A stretch of 63,952 nucleotides of DNA, counting the filler, from Octopus bimaculoides (taxonomy: Eukaryota), in NCBI RefSeq assembly GCF_001194135.2. It is 7 parts of 7 records of this genome, joined end to end, with 100 filler letters (N's around TTAATTAATTAA, not from the genome) between each part and the next. Parts side by side here need not be neighbours in the genome. Positions count along the whole stretch, not along the records: positions 59,960 to 63,952 come from NC_068982.1; 6 more parts are not named here. One strand, written 5' to 3'. The notes below the pieces were generated by a model. It was given only the letters and a program-made list of their open reading frames with translations, was not told the origin of the DNA and ran no database searches. This document shows, piece by piece, positions 63,654 to 63,952 of this stretch. Numbering within the stretch: the stretch's first letter is position 1; every line of letters begins with the position of its first letter. The translations under genes and the position numbers were made by a program.

Positions 63654-63952
63654 ATTTCTTTATTACCCATAAAGGGCTATACAAAGAATTTTTAAGACAT
63701 CATAAAACATAAAGACAGTACAAAACGCAAACATAAAATCGGGGTAATTAAAATAAAATGATAATATGCAATAATGAAAAAAATGAGGCGCAATGTCCAC
63801 TCGATCCCCGAAGTCGGGTGGTTACATTTATCCAGTTTTTCACTTTTACGTTCAACGTCATATAAACATTTTAACGGTTTTGTAACTCAAAAAATTAAAT
63901 CACTCGCGTTACCTTTCTTCCATTAATCATTGTTACGTCCGTCCTTAACAAC

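Overview
AT-rich eukaryotic DNA from a draft assembly, with many N gaps and (TA)n/(CA)n/(TATG)n/(GATA)n microsatellites. The SINE families look cephalopod (Octopus-like); this is inferred from remembered repeat families, not from a search. I found no complete host protein-coding gene, rRNA, true tRNA gene or CRISPR array. Most ORF-track entries are microsatellite or N-run artefacts. Recognisable content is mainly decayed transposons: tRNA-derived/CORE-type SINEs, mariner/Tc1 elements (one near-intact DD36E transposase), MITEs, CR1-like, RTE, Tx1/L1 and R4/Dong-like LINE fragments, a Gypsy gag-pol fragment, a solo LTR and a deleted Helitron. One candidate host first exon lies on the minus strand near 5.5 kb. 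The main signal absent from the ORF track is RNA structure. About nine type I hammerhead-ribozyme (HHR) motifs with the minimal palindromic stem III typical of Penelope-like elements occur in apparently unrelated repeats. Four of these repeats have a tails-out inverted geometry and one is a ~347 bp tandem. Three families share a non-canonical A·A mismatch closing stem II. A SINE and a CR1-like LINE also share a 3' stem-loop with a compensatory base change. All structures were read by eye and none has been tested for activity.
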